Part shown: positions 1 through 9,199 of the stretch, in pieces | Layout of the letters: the number at the start of each line of letters is the position of its first letter | Position numbering within the stretch: position 1 is the first letter of the stretch | Assembly (NCBI GenBank): GCA_036337435.1 | Contig: JAYZEG010000011.1 | Coordinates: 1 to 64,000, forward strand | Length of the DNA: 64,000 nt | Source: Myxococcota bacterium | GTDB lineage: Bacteria; Myxococcota_A; Bradymonadia; UBA7976; UBA1532 | Reading direction: 5' to 3' | The notes under the pieces: generated by a model | Databases searched by the model: none | What the model was told of the DNA's origin: nothing | What the model saw: only the letters and a program-made list of their open reading frames with translations | Position numbers and translations under genes: made by a program

Positions 1-552
1 AGCCAGGCCCGCCAAAGCTCTCGGGGCTGGAGAGGCACATTCGGCTCCTAGGGGTTGGAACCCTTCGATGACGATGGAGGGTTTGATTTCCATTTCCAGC
101 GGCATTCGAGCACTCTTGGTCACCATCCCGGATTCATCCTCTCGAATCACCTCAGCCGTGCCCTCAAAGCGTCCGATTCGGGCATCCCCCGTGAACGGAT
201 TGGCGAAAGGGCCGAAGCGGCGCCAGGTGAGAACTTGTTCGCTGGGATTCGCAACTGAGTGGCTGACCGATGGCCGCATCATCAAGTCCACATTGGTCTG
301 CGTCCCGTCCGTTGCATAAAACAATCCTTGGAAATGCAATCGGATGTGTCCAACATCCATGACCAGTCGGCCATTGCCGTCCCGCAAGATGATGTCATTG
401 CCAAAAAATTCAACGGTTTGTCCCACGACAACGGCGTTGGACGAAACCCCGGTCAGCTCTGGTCCGACGGCGTCACTGTCCAATGTATCGTCGCCACACC
501 CCATGACGAGCGTCATCGTGATGAATGCCAGCATATTGATTGGCCTTTGCAT
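1..552 (-). CDS. Putative lipoprotein, truncated by the window edge (absent from the ORF track)
   Basis: Manual translation from ATG at 552 (MQRPINMLAFITMTLVMGCGDDTLDSDAVGPELTGVSSNAVVVGQTVEFFGND...) stays open to base 1. Lipobox-like VMGC, GGAGG RBS 5 nt upstream, sigma54-like promoter upstream. Confidence 0.85.
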   Translation of the reverse strand, partial: MQRPINMLAFITMTLVMGCGDDTLDSDAVGPELTGVSSNAVVVGQTVEFFGNDIILRDGNGRLVMDVGHIRLHFQGLFYATDGTQTNVDLMMRPSVSHSVANPSEQVLTWRRFGPFANPFTGDARIGRFEGTAEVIREDESGMVTKSARMPLEMEIKPSIVIEGFQPLGAECASPAPRALAGLA

Positions 553-665
553 TCAATCCTCCAAATCGTAGTCAAAAGTCCTCAACAGCGGCGACACTCT
601 ACCCCGGTCAATCGACCCCACCGCGACCTCGTCCATGGTCAACCCGTCGTCGCGACATTATAAAA

Positions 666-682
666 AGCAAAGTGTATGCCAG
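666..682 (-). promoter_or_regulatory. Sigma54 (-24/-12) promoter
   Basis: Minus strand reads CTGGCATACACTTTGCT: GG-N10-GC with TTGC, matching YTGGCACG-N4-TTGCW. Lies about 115 nt upstream of the ATG at 552. Confidence 0.7.
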
Positions 683-873
683 CCGGGAATATGCCACAAA
701 AGTACAGATAAAGTCAATTGTATCAGGTCAATTCAGAGCGCGGATTCAAGGGCGTGATTCATCGCACTTGGCGGCGAGTTATTCCGACCCGTTTCTGAAA
801 CTGCATTCATCGATCCTATCGAATAGGCATCGTCAAAATGGAGGTCAGGCTTTGCTCTCGCTTGGCAATCCCC

Positions 874-3078
874 TTATCGGAGTCCATCGACCGTGAGCGT
901 GTATGAATCGAAGCATGCATGTGATTGGGCTACACCCTTGACTCTGATCACGAAAGTGCCATTGTCATCGACGAGTAAGTCTTCATCCCAGTGTATTTCC
1001 TCATCGCCATTGGATGGATTGACACTCTGATCCAGTGCATTTTCCAGTTGGCAGTCTTCGATTGAACGATACAGATAGACATTGTAGTTGTTGCCATTGG
1101 GGATGCCAGTGAGGCTGATTTCGAAGTCCTCCCGAAAGCCGGGTATACTCAAGCCGTCACTTGTCACGACACAGTAGTGATCGACATCACCGACGTGGTC
1201 AATGCTTGCGCGTATCGTTAAATTCTCGACATCCGGGATCACCTCTCCGTTGGCTTCAAACCCGTTTAAGAACGTACAGCTTGCACAGACATCATTGGCT
1301 CTCTCTACGTCGTAGCGGTCGGGGTTTCTCCGATCGTCGCCATCGCAATCCTCGTCGAGCGCGTTGCCACAAATTTCTTGTCGTGGGCCGATCTCATCGC
1401 GACAAGGACCAAACTCATTCCAGCGACATTGGGCATCACAGGTGCGAGTTTCAACACCAGGTGTACATTCACCGACGTTTTGCCCGCAGGCGCGTTCTTC
1501 GATATTGCCCGGCGCGCAGGCCCCACCATCGTTACACGCGCTCCAATCATCCCAAATACATTGGTCACCGCAGCGCCTTGATTGGCGCCCACAAAAACCA
1601 CACTCGCGTTCCTCAACAGCGCCGGGGGCGCATTGTCCGCCTGGACTACACTCCCCATACTCTTGCCATTGACATTGGTCGTTACAGGTTCGAATCCGAA
1701 CGGAACAGCTGGCGTCGCATGCGTCAGCTTCCTCAGCATTTGGACTGCAAACGCCTTCGCCTTCGCAGGCCGACCACTCAGACCAGCTGCAACAATCCGT
1801 ACACGTCCGTGTCCGGGTACCACAGTTGCCGCACGATTCAGTTTCAACGGTGCCCGGTGCAGGACAGGCGGTCGGACCAGCTTGGCTGCAATCCGTTATC
1901 CACTCACATTTGTTATTACACTGGGCTTGGAGCTCCAAGCATTCGCCTTGGTCTGATGGTCGGGTTGTTCCGGGCTCGCATTCGCCTTCGTCCGAGCAGG
2001 GCTGCCAATCTCCCCAGCGACATTCCGCTGCGCAGCGCCGCGTTTGTGTGCCGCATGCACCGCATGTGCCCCGCTCTTCTTCTCCCGGCATACACTGTGC
2101 TTCACCCTCGTCGCAGACACCCCACTCTGCCCACATTCCCCCACGGCATTCTCGTTGCCGAATGCCACAGCGCCCACAAACTTGACTGTCAACACCCTCA
2201 GCATCGGAACAGGCGCAGTTCTCGGGTGCCGTACAGTCCGCCCAGTTGCCCATGGTGCAGGTCTCGATTCCGCCCCCGCACGCATTGTTGCAACTTCGAA
2301 CCGTTTCTTCGTCACTGATACCGTCGCAGTCATTATCCTCGGCATCGCATAATTCGTCGCTGGGCGGTGTTGCCGTACAATTACCCCAATTGCGTCCGTT
2401 GCACGTTTCTATACCGGGACAAAACTCATTGCCGCACGGCCGGGTGTCGCCATCCTGGCAATCGGCGCAGGCTTCATCGATCTGCGCGTCACAATCATCA
2501 TCGATGCCATTGCCACAAACCTCGGGGTGGACCCGCGGTGCATCACAGAACCGCCACTGATTTCCAGCACAGATCTCTTGACCGACACCGCATTCAGTCA
2601 TGCAGTCCCGTTGAGTTCCGTCAACACAACCTTGACATTGTTCATCGATAGACTGGTCACAGTCATTATCCCGTCCATCACCACAGATCTCAGTAACGGC
2701 CTGTGGGCAGGGGCGCCAAACGCCGCCATCGCAGATTTGATTACCTCCACACCCGTTATCGCAGGGGCGCTCGTCGCCATCAGTGCATTGGTTAGCAAAA
2801 CATTCTCCGTCGACACAGCGCCCGTTGGGACAATCGGTGTTGGTCGAGCAGCGGTCCTCGATTGGCTGGCAGCGATTGTCGACAAAACGTTGGCCTGGTG
2901 GACAGGTCCCTCCATCGTTGAACACGATGACGCACGTGCCATCGATGCAACGATGATTACTCGTTGGGCAGTCGCTCGTAAATGTGCAGCGCGCACTGAC
3001 CGTCGAGTCTCCACTCGCGCAGCTTGTAAAGACGCCGAGTCCGCAAAGAATCAAAAATATATGTCGTGTATTGGCCAT
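874..3078 (-). CDS. Cys-rich repeat lipoprotein: MopE-like CDxxDNDCD repeats, TSR-like WxxWxxC repeats, C-terminal PPC-like beta-sandwich
   Basis: Start moved from 3249 to ATG 3078 (MANTRHIFLILCGLGVFTSC, lipobox FTSC). EICGDGRDNDCDQSIDE-type repeats; about 7 CxPG..CGxCG..RxC..CxWxxWxxC units; C-terminal GDVDHY...SYTLTV. Confidence 0.85.
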   Translation of the reverse strand: MANTRHIFLILCGLGVFTSCASGDSTVSARCTFTSDCPTSNHRCIDGTCVIVFNDGGTCPPGQRFVDNRCQPIEDRCSTNTDCPNGRCVDGECFANQCTDGDERPCDNGCGGNQICDGGVWRPCPQAVTEICGDGRDNDCDQSIDEQCQGCVDGTQRDCMTECGVGQEICAGNQWRFCDAPRVHPEVCGNGIDDDCDAQIDEACADCQDGDTRPCGNEFCPGIETCNGRNWGNCTATPPSDELCDAEDNDCDGISDEETVRSCNNACGGGIETCTMGNWADCTAPENCACSDAEGVDSQVCGRCGIRQRECRGGMWAEWGVCDEGEAQCMPGEEERGTCGACGTQTRRCAAECRWGDWQPCSDEGECEPGTTRPSDQGECLELQAQCNNKCEWITDCSQAGPTACPAPGTVETESCGNCGTRTRTCTDCCSWSEWSACEGEGVCSPNAEEADACDASCSVRIRTCNDQCQWQEYGECSPGGQCAPGAVEERECGFCGRQSRRCGDQCIWDDWSACNDGGACAPGNIEERACGQNVGECTPGVETRTCDAQCRWNEFGPCRDEIGPRQEICGNALDEDCDGDDRRNPDRYDVERANDVCASCTFLNGFEANGEVIPDVENLTIRASIDHVGDVDHYCVVTSDGLSIPGFREDFEISLTGIPNGNNYNVYLYRSIEDCQLENALDQSVNPSNGDEEIHWDEDLLVDDNGTFVIRVKGVAQSHACFDSYTLTVDGLR

Positions 3079-3290
3079 GGTACGATATAGATGCCTGAAG
3101 TGGGCGGATCGAAGCAAAGAATATTTGTCTCTCTGCTCTGGTCGAATTAAGTTCTTTCCGATTACATTGTTATTTAGACAACGCTCGAGACTATAGCCTG
3201 GATTGAATCGTTTCGCGATAATCTTCCGCCGAACTTGGTCTCCATGCATACTCCCCCTGGTTGAACCGAGGACGAGTCACGAAGGCACTC

Positions 3291-5381
3291 ATGGGACTAT
3301 CGCTACCAAAATTGCTGATTTGCCTCCTCATGATGCTTCTATCGTGGTCGCCGACATGTGTTGTTATGGCGCAAGCTTCAATGGACTCAGACCCGCAGTC
3401 TAACCAGGACAGTATGGCTCTTCCGACGGTGCACCTGTCCAGTGTGCCACCGACGCCCAGAGGCCTTGAGAATTTAACAACCGGGATTCGTTTCGGTGGT
3501 GCTCATCTGAGTTTAGCTCAATCGAAAAGCAATCCAAATATCCTTTATCTCGGGACTCAGCATGGCCGTGTCAACATCTCCCGAGATGGTGGGCGAACAT
3601 GGTCTGAATCGACCATTCTTACCAGTCGAGGTCGTTTTTTTGGGTCCATTCGGCCCAGTGGCTCAATGACGGGCATTTTGGATCGCTGGTTGTCCCCTAA
3701 ACCTGTCTCGCTGGGCCGCCTGTCCGGCGTCAGATTGCCGAGTCGCCTGACCAATCTCGATGCAAACAGCGGCGATACCCTCGGCGTGCGGACGGGAAGC
3801 GACTTAAACCCAGGCGACCCACTGGTCGGTGATTTAACAGGTCTTGAGTCTGCCAAAAATTCAAATGCCAGCGGCGCCCTACAAGAACTCCAGACGCAGC
3901 TTTTCCTACCCGTTGATGGCGGAGGGAGCGGTGGAGGGGCAGGGGGAGGCAACTCCCTTGCTGTCGGTTTGCGATCGGGTGCACCCTGGCTCGCGTACCA
4001 GGTTCGCCGCAAACGGAACTGGGCCGTGGGGATCAGCCTTAAGCAGAGTCTTGTACTCAAGGGCAGCTCTGGGACCAATATTCGGCACTTGGATATACAC
4101 CCATCGAACCCAGATCTCGTTCTGGCTGCCACCGATGATGGTCTTCGACTGTCGACCGATGGTGGGTTCTCATGGCCGCTGGTGTTGTCTGGCGTGTCCA
4201 GTAGAGAACGCCAAATGAATCATGTTCTTCGGTCCCGCTATGATTCAAATCTCATCTATGTTGGGTCTCGGCGCGGCTTACACGTTTCTCGCGATGGTGG
4301 TGAGAGCTTTGAACGCGCCACCCATCGATTCGTGGCTCGCAGTGACATCAGATGGATTGAGGAGCACTCGGCAAATCCCAACATCATCTACGTGGGTGCC
4401 GATTGGGGGCTACTCCGGACCGACAACGGTGGGCGAGACTACAAACTGGTTCATCGAAGCCCATGGCCGACATTGAGCCTGGTGCGGCAAGTCCGTGTCG
4501 AGCCTGCGTCTCCAGAGCGGGTTTGGCTCGCCACGGCTGATGGACTTTTAGTGAGTCGAGATAATGGCTTTAGCTTCGAGCGCAATGGGCGAGGCTTTTT
4601 TACGGGGAAGGACATTAAGCGAATCTCTTTCGGAATGGAGCCAGGTCACGTCATTGTGGCGACGATTCGCGACCTGTGGGAAACCCGCGACGCTGGTGAG
4701 ACATGGCAGGTTGCTTACTTTGGAGCGATACAGTGGGACGTTCGAACGATGATCGCTGATCGCAGTCGAGCCAACAGCGTGCTGATTGCAACGACCGCAG
4801 AGGTTTTGCGATTTGGCCCGAAAGCCAACAGGCCAATCGATGGAGATGACTTGATCGCATACCGTCGTCAGATCGCGTCCGAACCAGATGAGATCGAGGT
4901 TCTCCACAAGGCACTGAAGCGAGCTGGTTTGTTTCGACCTCAGCTGGTGAAATACCGGAAAAATTCGCGATTGATGGGCTTACTGCCGGATCTGGTCGGC
5001 GCATTGCGTTGGGCTCAGTACGATACGGATAGGGCTTTTTCAAACCAGCTCTATCAGCTCGAGCCAATCAATTTGCGCGGGGGGGCGAGCCAGCCGTTTA
5101 TGGGGGTGGTGTTCGCGTCTTGGAATCTTGCCAAATTAGTTTTCACGTCTCGTGAGAGCATCGGTCGACGAATCGGTCGTATGAATCGGTATGGCGAGGA
5201 AAAACTAACATACACTGTGATTACGCTCTTACAAGAGCGGCGCCGTTTGCAGTTCGACTCATTTGTATCGCCGGGGTCTCCGCGGGCTCAGCTGCTTCGC
5301 AACCTACGGCTTGAAGAATTAACCGCGCATATTAATGCGTTGGCTGGTAATGTCTATCCGCCTGTAGAGGCACTCAAATAA
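3291..5381 (+). CDS. Secreted Asp-box (BNR/VPS10-like) beta-propeller fused to a C-terminal single OEP/TolC-like repeat
   Basis: Signal-like N-terminus from ATG 3291 (ORF track starts at TTG 3261). Repeated SxDGGxxW/F motifs (SRDGGRTW, STDGGFSW, SRDGGESF, TDNGGRDY, SRDNGFSF, TRDAGETW). C-terminal ~165 aa is paralogous to the next gene. Confidence 0.8.
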   Translation: MGLSLPKLLICLLMMLLSWSPTCVVMAQASMDSDPQSNQDSMALPTVHLSSVPPTPRGLENLTTGIRFGGAHLSLAQSKSNPNILYLGTQHGRVNISRDGGRTWSESTILTSRGRFFGSIRPSGSMTGILDRWLSPKPVSLGRLSGVRLPSRLTNLDANSGDTLGVRTGSDLNPGDPLVGDLTGLESAKNSNASGALQELQTQLFLPVDGGGSGGGAGGGNSLAVGLRSGAPWLAYQVRRKRNWAVGISLKQSLVLKGSSGTNIRHLDIHPSNPDLVLAATDDGLRLSTDGGFSWPLVLSGVSSRERQMNHVLRSRYDSNLIYVGSRRGLHVSRDGGESFERATHRFVARSDIRWIEEHSANPNIIYVGADWGLLRTDNGGRDYKLVHRSPWPTLSLVRQVRVEPASPERVWLATADGLLVSRDNGFSFERNGRGFFTGKDIKRISFGMEPGHVIVATIRDLWETRDAGETWQVAYFGAIQWDVRTMIADRSRANSVLIATTAEVLRFGPKANRPIDGDDLIAYRRQIASEPDEIEVLHKALKRAGLFRPQLVKYRKNSRLMGLLPDLVGALRWAQYDTDRAFSNQLYQLEPINLRGGASQPFMGVVFASWNLAKLVFTSRESIGRRIGRMNRYGEEKLTYTVITLLQERRRLQFDSFVSPGSPRAQLLRNLRLEELTAHINALAGNVYPPVEALK

Positions 5382-5391
5382 TGGAGACCCA

Positions 5392-6078
5392 ATGAATACT
5401 GGTCGTTTGATAGCTATCATCCTCTGCCTGGGGTGCTCACTTCCATTGGCATTCGCCCAGCGCGGACTCAGTCCTGAAGTTCAATCGGAACTTCAGGCAT
5501 TGCGTAAGCGAGAACCGACGGTGCAAGAAGCGCAGCGCGCGGCACTGAGTTTTTTCAATATTGACGCCAGGTCTGTGCAAGCGATGCGGAGTCGGGCATC
5601 GGTTAAAGGCCTCATGCCGCAAGTGGAGGCTCGATATCGGCAGAATCGGTCCAACCTAGGCGTTGATACCCGCAATACAACCATTCAGGATGATCCTTTC
5701 TTATTTGATGCTGTCGACGGGACCGTTCATGAGTTCCAAGTTGGACTTCGCTTTAATCTGCCATCTCTGGTTTTTAACTCGGAAGTCCTCGATGTCGGCT
5801 CGCTCGCCATTTTACAAGAAGGTGTTTTGAAAGAGGTGACCCGGCTCTACTATACCCGGCGTCGCCTGCAAATCGACTTGCTCTTAAACCCGCCACGGGA
5901 TGCTGCGACACTGATGTCTAAGCAATTGAGAATTGATGAATTGACATCAACACTTGATGCCATGACCGGTGAATTATTTACGCGCGCTGCGCGACGATAC
6001 GAGCGTCGCAGTCCTCAAATCCGAGGCGATGAGCGCGATGACGGCGATGTTTTCCGTCCTTTGACTCCGCGCCGTTAA
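5392..6078 (+). CDS. Secreted protein with a single OEP/TolC-like repeat
   Basis: Signal peptide ending AFA-Q; GGAG RBS. Pattern helix-'GLMPQV'-strand-loop-strand 'LRFNL'-long helices 'VTRLYYTRRRLQ...IDELTSTLDAMTG'. The CDS is clear; the TolC-like fold is inference. Confidence 0.75.
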   Translation: MNTGRLIAIILCLGCSLPLAFAQRGLSPEVQSELQALRKREPTVQEAQRAALSFFNIDARSVQAMRSRASVKGLMPQVEARYRQNRSNLGVDTRNTTIQDDPFLFDAVDGTVHEFQVGLRFNLPSLVFNSEVLDVGSLAILQEGVLKEVTRLYYTRRRLQIDLLLNPPRDAATLMSKQLRIDELTSTLDAMTGELFTRAARRYERRSPQIRGDERDDGDVFRPLTPRR

Positions 6079-6557
6079 TGAGTGATCGCGAGTACATTAG
6101 CGAGCTGGGTTTTCAAAAACTCACCGGTGAGGTTGAGCATTTGCTAACCGTGGAACGACCGCGTGTTGTCAACCAAGTTGCGGCGGCCGCAGCTGAGGGC
6201 GATCGCAGTGAGAACGCCGAGTACATTTACGGCAAAAAACGGCTCCGCGAGATCGACAAACGTGTCGAGTTCTTGTCGAAGCGGCTCGATATACTGGAGG
6301 TTGTTCCTCAACCCAAGGGCGACGACAAAGCACGATTGTTGTCTTGGGTTCACGTCGAAGACGAGGATGGTGATGTAAAGGTCTTTAGAGTTGTGGGTGC
6401 CGATGAAACCGATGCAAAACAAAATTGGATTTCATGGAAATCTCCGGTTGGCCGGTCCCTGCTCGGCAAGTCCGTGGATGACGAAGTGAGCATCAAGACA
6501 CCTGGTGGTACCGTGGTCTACCTGGTGGTTGATATCACCAATAGCCCAGCCGACTAG
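6078..6557 (+). CDS. greB: Transcription elongation factor GreB
   Basis: AAAEGDRSENAEYIYGKKRLREIDKR signature; C-terminal ISWKSPVGRSLLGK. Confidence 0.95.
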   Translation: MSDREYISELGFQKLTGEVEHLLTVERPRVVNQVAAAAAEGDRSENAEYIYGKKRLREIDKRVEFLSKRLDILEVVPQPKGDDKARLLSWVHVEDEDGDVKVFRVVGADETDAKQNWISWKSPVGRSLLGKSVDDEVSIKTPGGTVVYLVVDITNSPAD

Positions 6558-6958
6558 TTGAATTCACTCAGTGCCTGCTTTACCGCACGAAGGCAACGGT
6601 CCATTCGCGTCTCGACGGCGTCGGTGCCAGGTTCAAATGCAAAGCCAACAACGCCGATAATTTCGTCAAGTCTATCGATGACAGGAACGGCAATTGCCGC
6701 GTCAGCTTCGACGGCTCTCGCCCCCGTTTGAATGGTTGTATTCGGATCTGTTCGCAGAGAGCATGTGGTTACACTACGCCCGGTTTCCCAAGCCATGCCA
6801 GCCATGCCCTTGCCCTTTGGTATTTTCGCGATAGCGGGTTTGATTGAGTCCGGCAGTCCAATGGACGCAGTCAAGATGAGATGCCCATCTCGGGGCTGAT
6901 GGATGGTGCCCGATGAGGCACCAACCTCGTCTAGAAGGTCTGCTAAAAGTTTGTTCAT
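6554..6958 (-). CDS. Stand-alone GAF domain protein
   Basis: IPKGKGMAGMAW...AIAVPV...IIGVVGF GAF pattern; ATGA overlap with dusB. Confidence 0.8.
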   Translation of the reverse strand: MNKLLADLLDEVGASSGTIHQPRDGHLILTASIGLPDSIKPAIAKIPKGKGMAGMAWETGRSVTTCSLRTDPNTTIQTGARAVEADAAIAVPVIDRLDEIIGVVGFAFEPGTDAVETRMDRCLRAVKQALSEFN

Positions 6959-8034
6959 TTGGATGTCCGTTCGACAAAAGTGCGCGAGTCTCCATCCGTA
7001 TTTGGCACAGACGGCTCACTGTAAATGCTCACGAAGCCATCTTTAATTTCTTCTGTCTTCAGACGGTCAAACCAGTTGCGCACTGCGTCGAAGATCGGCT
7101 CCACTTCATGGGAGTGGTAGATGGACTTTCGCAGCTCCCCTCCGTACGGAAGACCTCGAGTGAAATAGCCGGTGACCTTCTTCATGCGCCCCGTCGCGCC
7201 GCGAACTGTCTGACTCTCCGATGCGATGAGCTCGAAGTAGTTGAGTAGGTGAGCCTGCCTTTGGTCCAGAGTGGGTTCGTAGGGGTCGAGGCCGGCCAAA
7301 TGGTCCCCAATTCGTCTCAAGATCCATGGATCTCTTAGGGCTCCGCGACCCACCATAACACCGTCGGCATTTGATATTTTGAGCGCTGCCACCGCATCTT
7401 CGACGGTAAGAATATCGCCATTGACAATCACTGGGATCGAGCGGGCGTCAACCACGTCTCGAATGGCGGCCCAATCGGCGTTACCCCGATACATTTGCAT
7501 GCGAGTTCGGCCATGAATGGTCACCATCTCTGCCCCCGCTTCTTCAGCCAAACGAGTGATCTCGGGGGCGGCGAAATAATCACTGTCCCAGCCAAGCCGC
7601 ATTTTAACCGTCATCGGTATGGAAATGGCCGCTTTGACTGCACGAAAGATGTCGTCTGCTAAGCATGGCTCGCGCATGAGTGCGGAGCCGCTTAAACCGC
7701 CGGTGACCTTTTTACTCGGGCATCCCAGGTTTAAATCAACGAAATCAGCACCCAGGTCTTGGCAGATTTTGGCGGCTTCGGCCATTTTATGTGGATGTCG
7801 ACCGTAGATCTGAATACTCACCGGGTGCTCGTCTGGATCAAACTCGGCCATTTTCCAAGCCCGGCGAGTTTTCTTCGAAATCTGGTCGCTGCTGATGAAC
7901 TCAGTTACAGTCAGTCCGCAGCCTCCGAGACTCCGAATCATGCGTCGGAAAGGGCGGTCCGTGATGCCCTCCATCGGGGCCAGGATCGTTGGAGGATCGA
8001 TGCTGACGTGGCCAATTTTAAATGGTTTGATCAT
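6955..8034 (-). CDS. dusB: tRNA-dihydrouridine synthase DusB
   Basis: LAPMEGITDRPFR, DLNLGCP, TVKMRLGWD, TIHGRTR, NGDI, MVGRG motifs. Confidence 0.93.
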   Translation of the reverse strand: MIKPFKIGHVSIDPPTILAPMEGITDRPFRRMIRSLGGCGLTVTEFISSDQISKKTRRAWKMAEFDPDEHPVSIQIYGRHPHKMAEAAKICQDLGADFVDLNLGCPSKKVTGGLSGSALMREPCLADDIFRAVKAAISIPMTVKMRLGWDSDYFAAPEITRLAEEAGAEMVTIHGRTRMQMYRGNADWAAIRDVVDARSIPVIVNGDILTVEDAVAALKISNADGVMVGRGALRDPWILRRIGDHLAGLDPYEPTLDQRQAHLLNYFELIASESQTVRGATGRMKKVTGYFTRGLPYGGELRKSIYHSHEVEPIFDAVRNWFDRLKTEEIKDGFVSIYSEPSVPNTDGDSRTFVERTSK

Positions 8035-8102
8035 AAGCGCACCGTAACGGGCAGATGGTGGAGTTACAAATCAATCTAGCAGACACATGGCAGCCAAGTC
8101 GG

Positions 8103-8963
8103 TTACTCGGCACTGCCCAAACAATAGGTTTCACTCATTGGATCGGTGACATCGACGTCACGACAGGCCAAGTCACCGCAGTGGTCATCCACCATGCACG
8201 GAACGACGCAGAAGGAGTTTGTTCCACCGCCGGTGACAGACAACCTGAGACACGCGACGTCATCGCCAACACATCCGCGCCCATTGCGGCAATCCAATGT
8301 ACACGTGCCGCCGTAGCCCGCATTGACGCAAAGGCCTGTCGGGCAAGCGTCCGACTCGTTTACAGTCCCCAGTGTTCCCGTGGCCGTACACGGTTTCGTC
8401 AGGTCGCTGGCGACCGCGGTGCGGCATTGTCCCGAAATGCAGGTATCATGTCGGTTGAAGCAATCCGCGCGAACGACACAGGTCTCGCCGGTCTGAACGT
8501 TTCCGCGAGCGACCCCACCACAGAAGTTTGCGATAAAATCATGCCATTGATGAGCCCACTCACTGGGGTCTGAATCGATACAAGGTCGGCTACTGACTTG
8601 CTGCACGCAGGTGTTTATGGCCGATTCCGTGAAATCAAGGGTGCCGCGGCTTGCTCGGTCTTCGACATCGCGAAGGCATGTGGCTGCTGCTTGTTGGGCA
8701 CAGGTTTCAGCTGAACGGCCCGGTAGGGCGAAGTAGGACTGTATCGCCACACCATTGCTGACGCATTGAAATATGTATTCGCATTGAGCCTCAGCCACCC
8801 GTTGGCAATATTCCTGATAGGGACTTAATTGATTGCTCGCGTCAGTCTCGGCCATCCCAGCGTCGAGAGTCAACACAGCTGTGTTTTGGGTTTCGCCTCC
8901 GCAGCCATGGCAAAGGTAAGCTAAGATCAATCCGACCCGTATGAGTCTGTTCTGTATAGCCAT
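8103..8963 (-). CDS. Cys-rich putative lipoprotein
   Basis: Signal ending LCHGC; more than 25 Cys; AGGAG RBS upstream. Confidence 0.8.
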   Translation of the reverse strand: MAIQNRLIRVGLILAYLCHGCGGETQNTAVLTLDAGMAETDASNQLSPYQEYCQRVAEAQCEYIFQCVSNGVAIQSYFALPGRSAETCAQQAAATCLRDVEDRASRGTLDFTESAINTCVQQVSSRPCIDSDPSEWAHQWHDFIANFCGGVARGNVQTGETCVVRADCFNRHDTCISGQCRTAVASDLTKPCTATGTLGTVNESDACPTGLCVNAGYGGTCTLDCRNGRGCVGDDVACLRLSVTGGGTNSFCVVPCMVDDHCGDLACRDVDVTDPMSETYCLGSAE

Positions 8964-9199
8964 GGATGGTACTCCTGAGCCTGTTCATTACCGTTGGGAT
9001 CTACCAGACCCAAGATGACGTCGCAATCGGCTGTCTGACTTGGCCCCTCGATGGCCGGAGGCCGGTCCGAGATTAAACGTCCGTTTTTCAACGGATATCT
9101 TGTGTTGTTGACCCGTAGTGTGTTGAAACAAGGATGAACAGTAGCGGCCGTCAGACGTGTCGGGTTTTGACCAACGATGGCATTTGGGAGCATGAGACC

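Noticed and set aside
55..896. Short plus-strand ORFs at the window start
   Set aside because: They overlap the better-supported minus-strand lipoprotein gene and its promoter.
1687..1697. GGTTCGAATCC, a tRNA T-loop-like motif
   Set aside because: Lies inside the Cys-rich CDS; no acceptor stem, D-arm or anticodon arm could be built.
1161..2318. 385-aa plus-strand ORF, and similar antisense ORFs over the repeat genes (for example 22303-24887 and 57701-59416)
   Set aside because: Shadow frames of Cys/Asp-rich genes with low-complexity Arg/His/Ser composition and no motifs.
6554..6958. Free methionine-R-sulfoxide reductase (msrC) call for the GAF protein
   Set aside because: The GxGVCG catalytic Cys motif reads GKGMAG.
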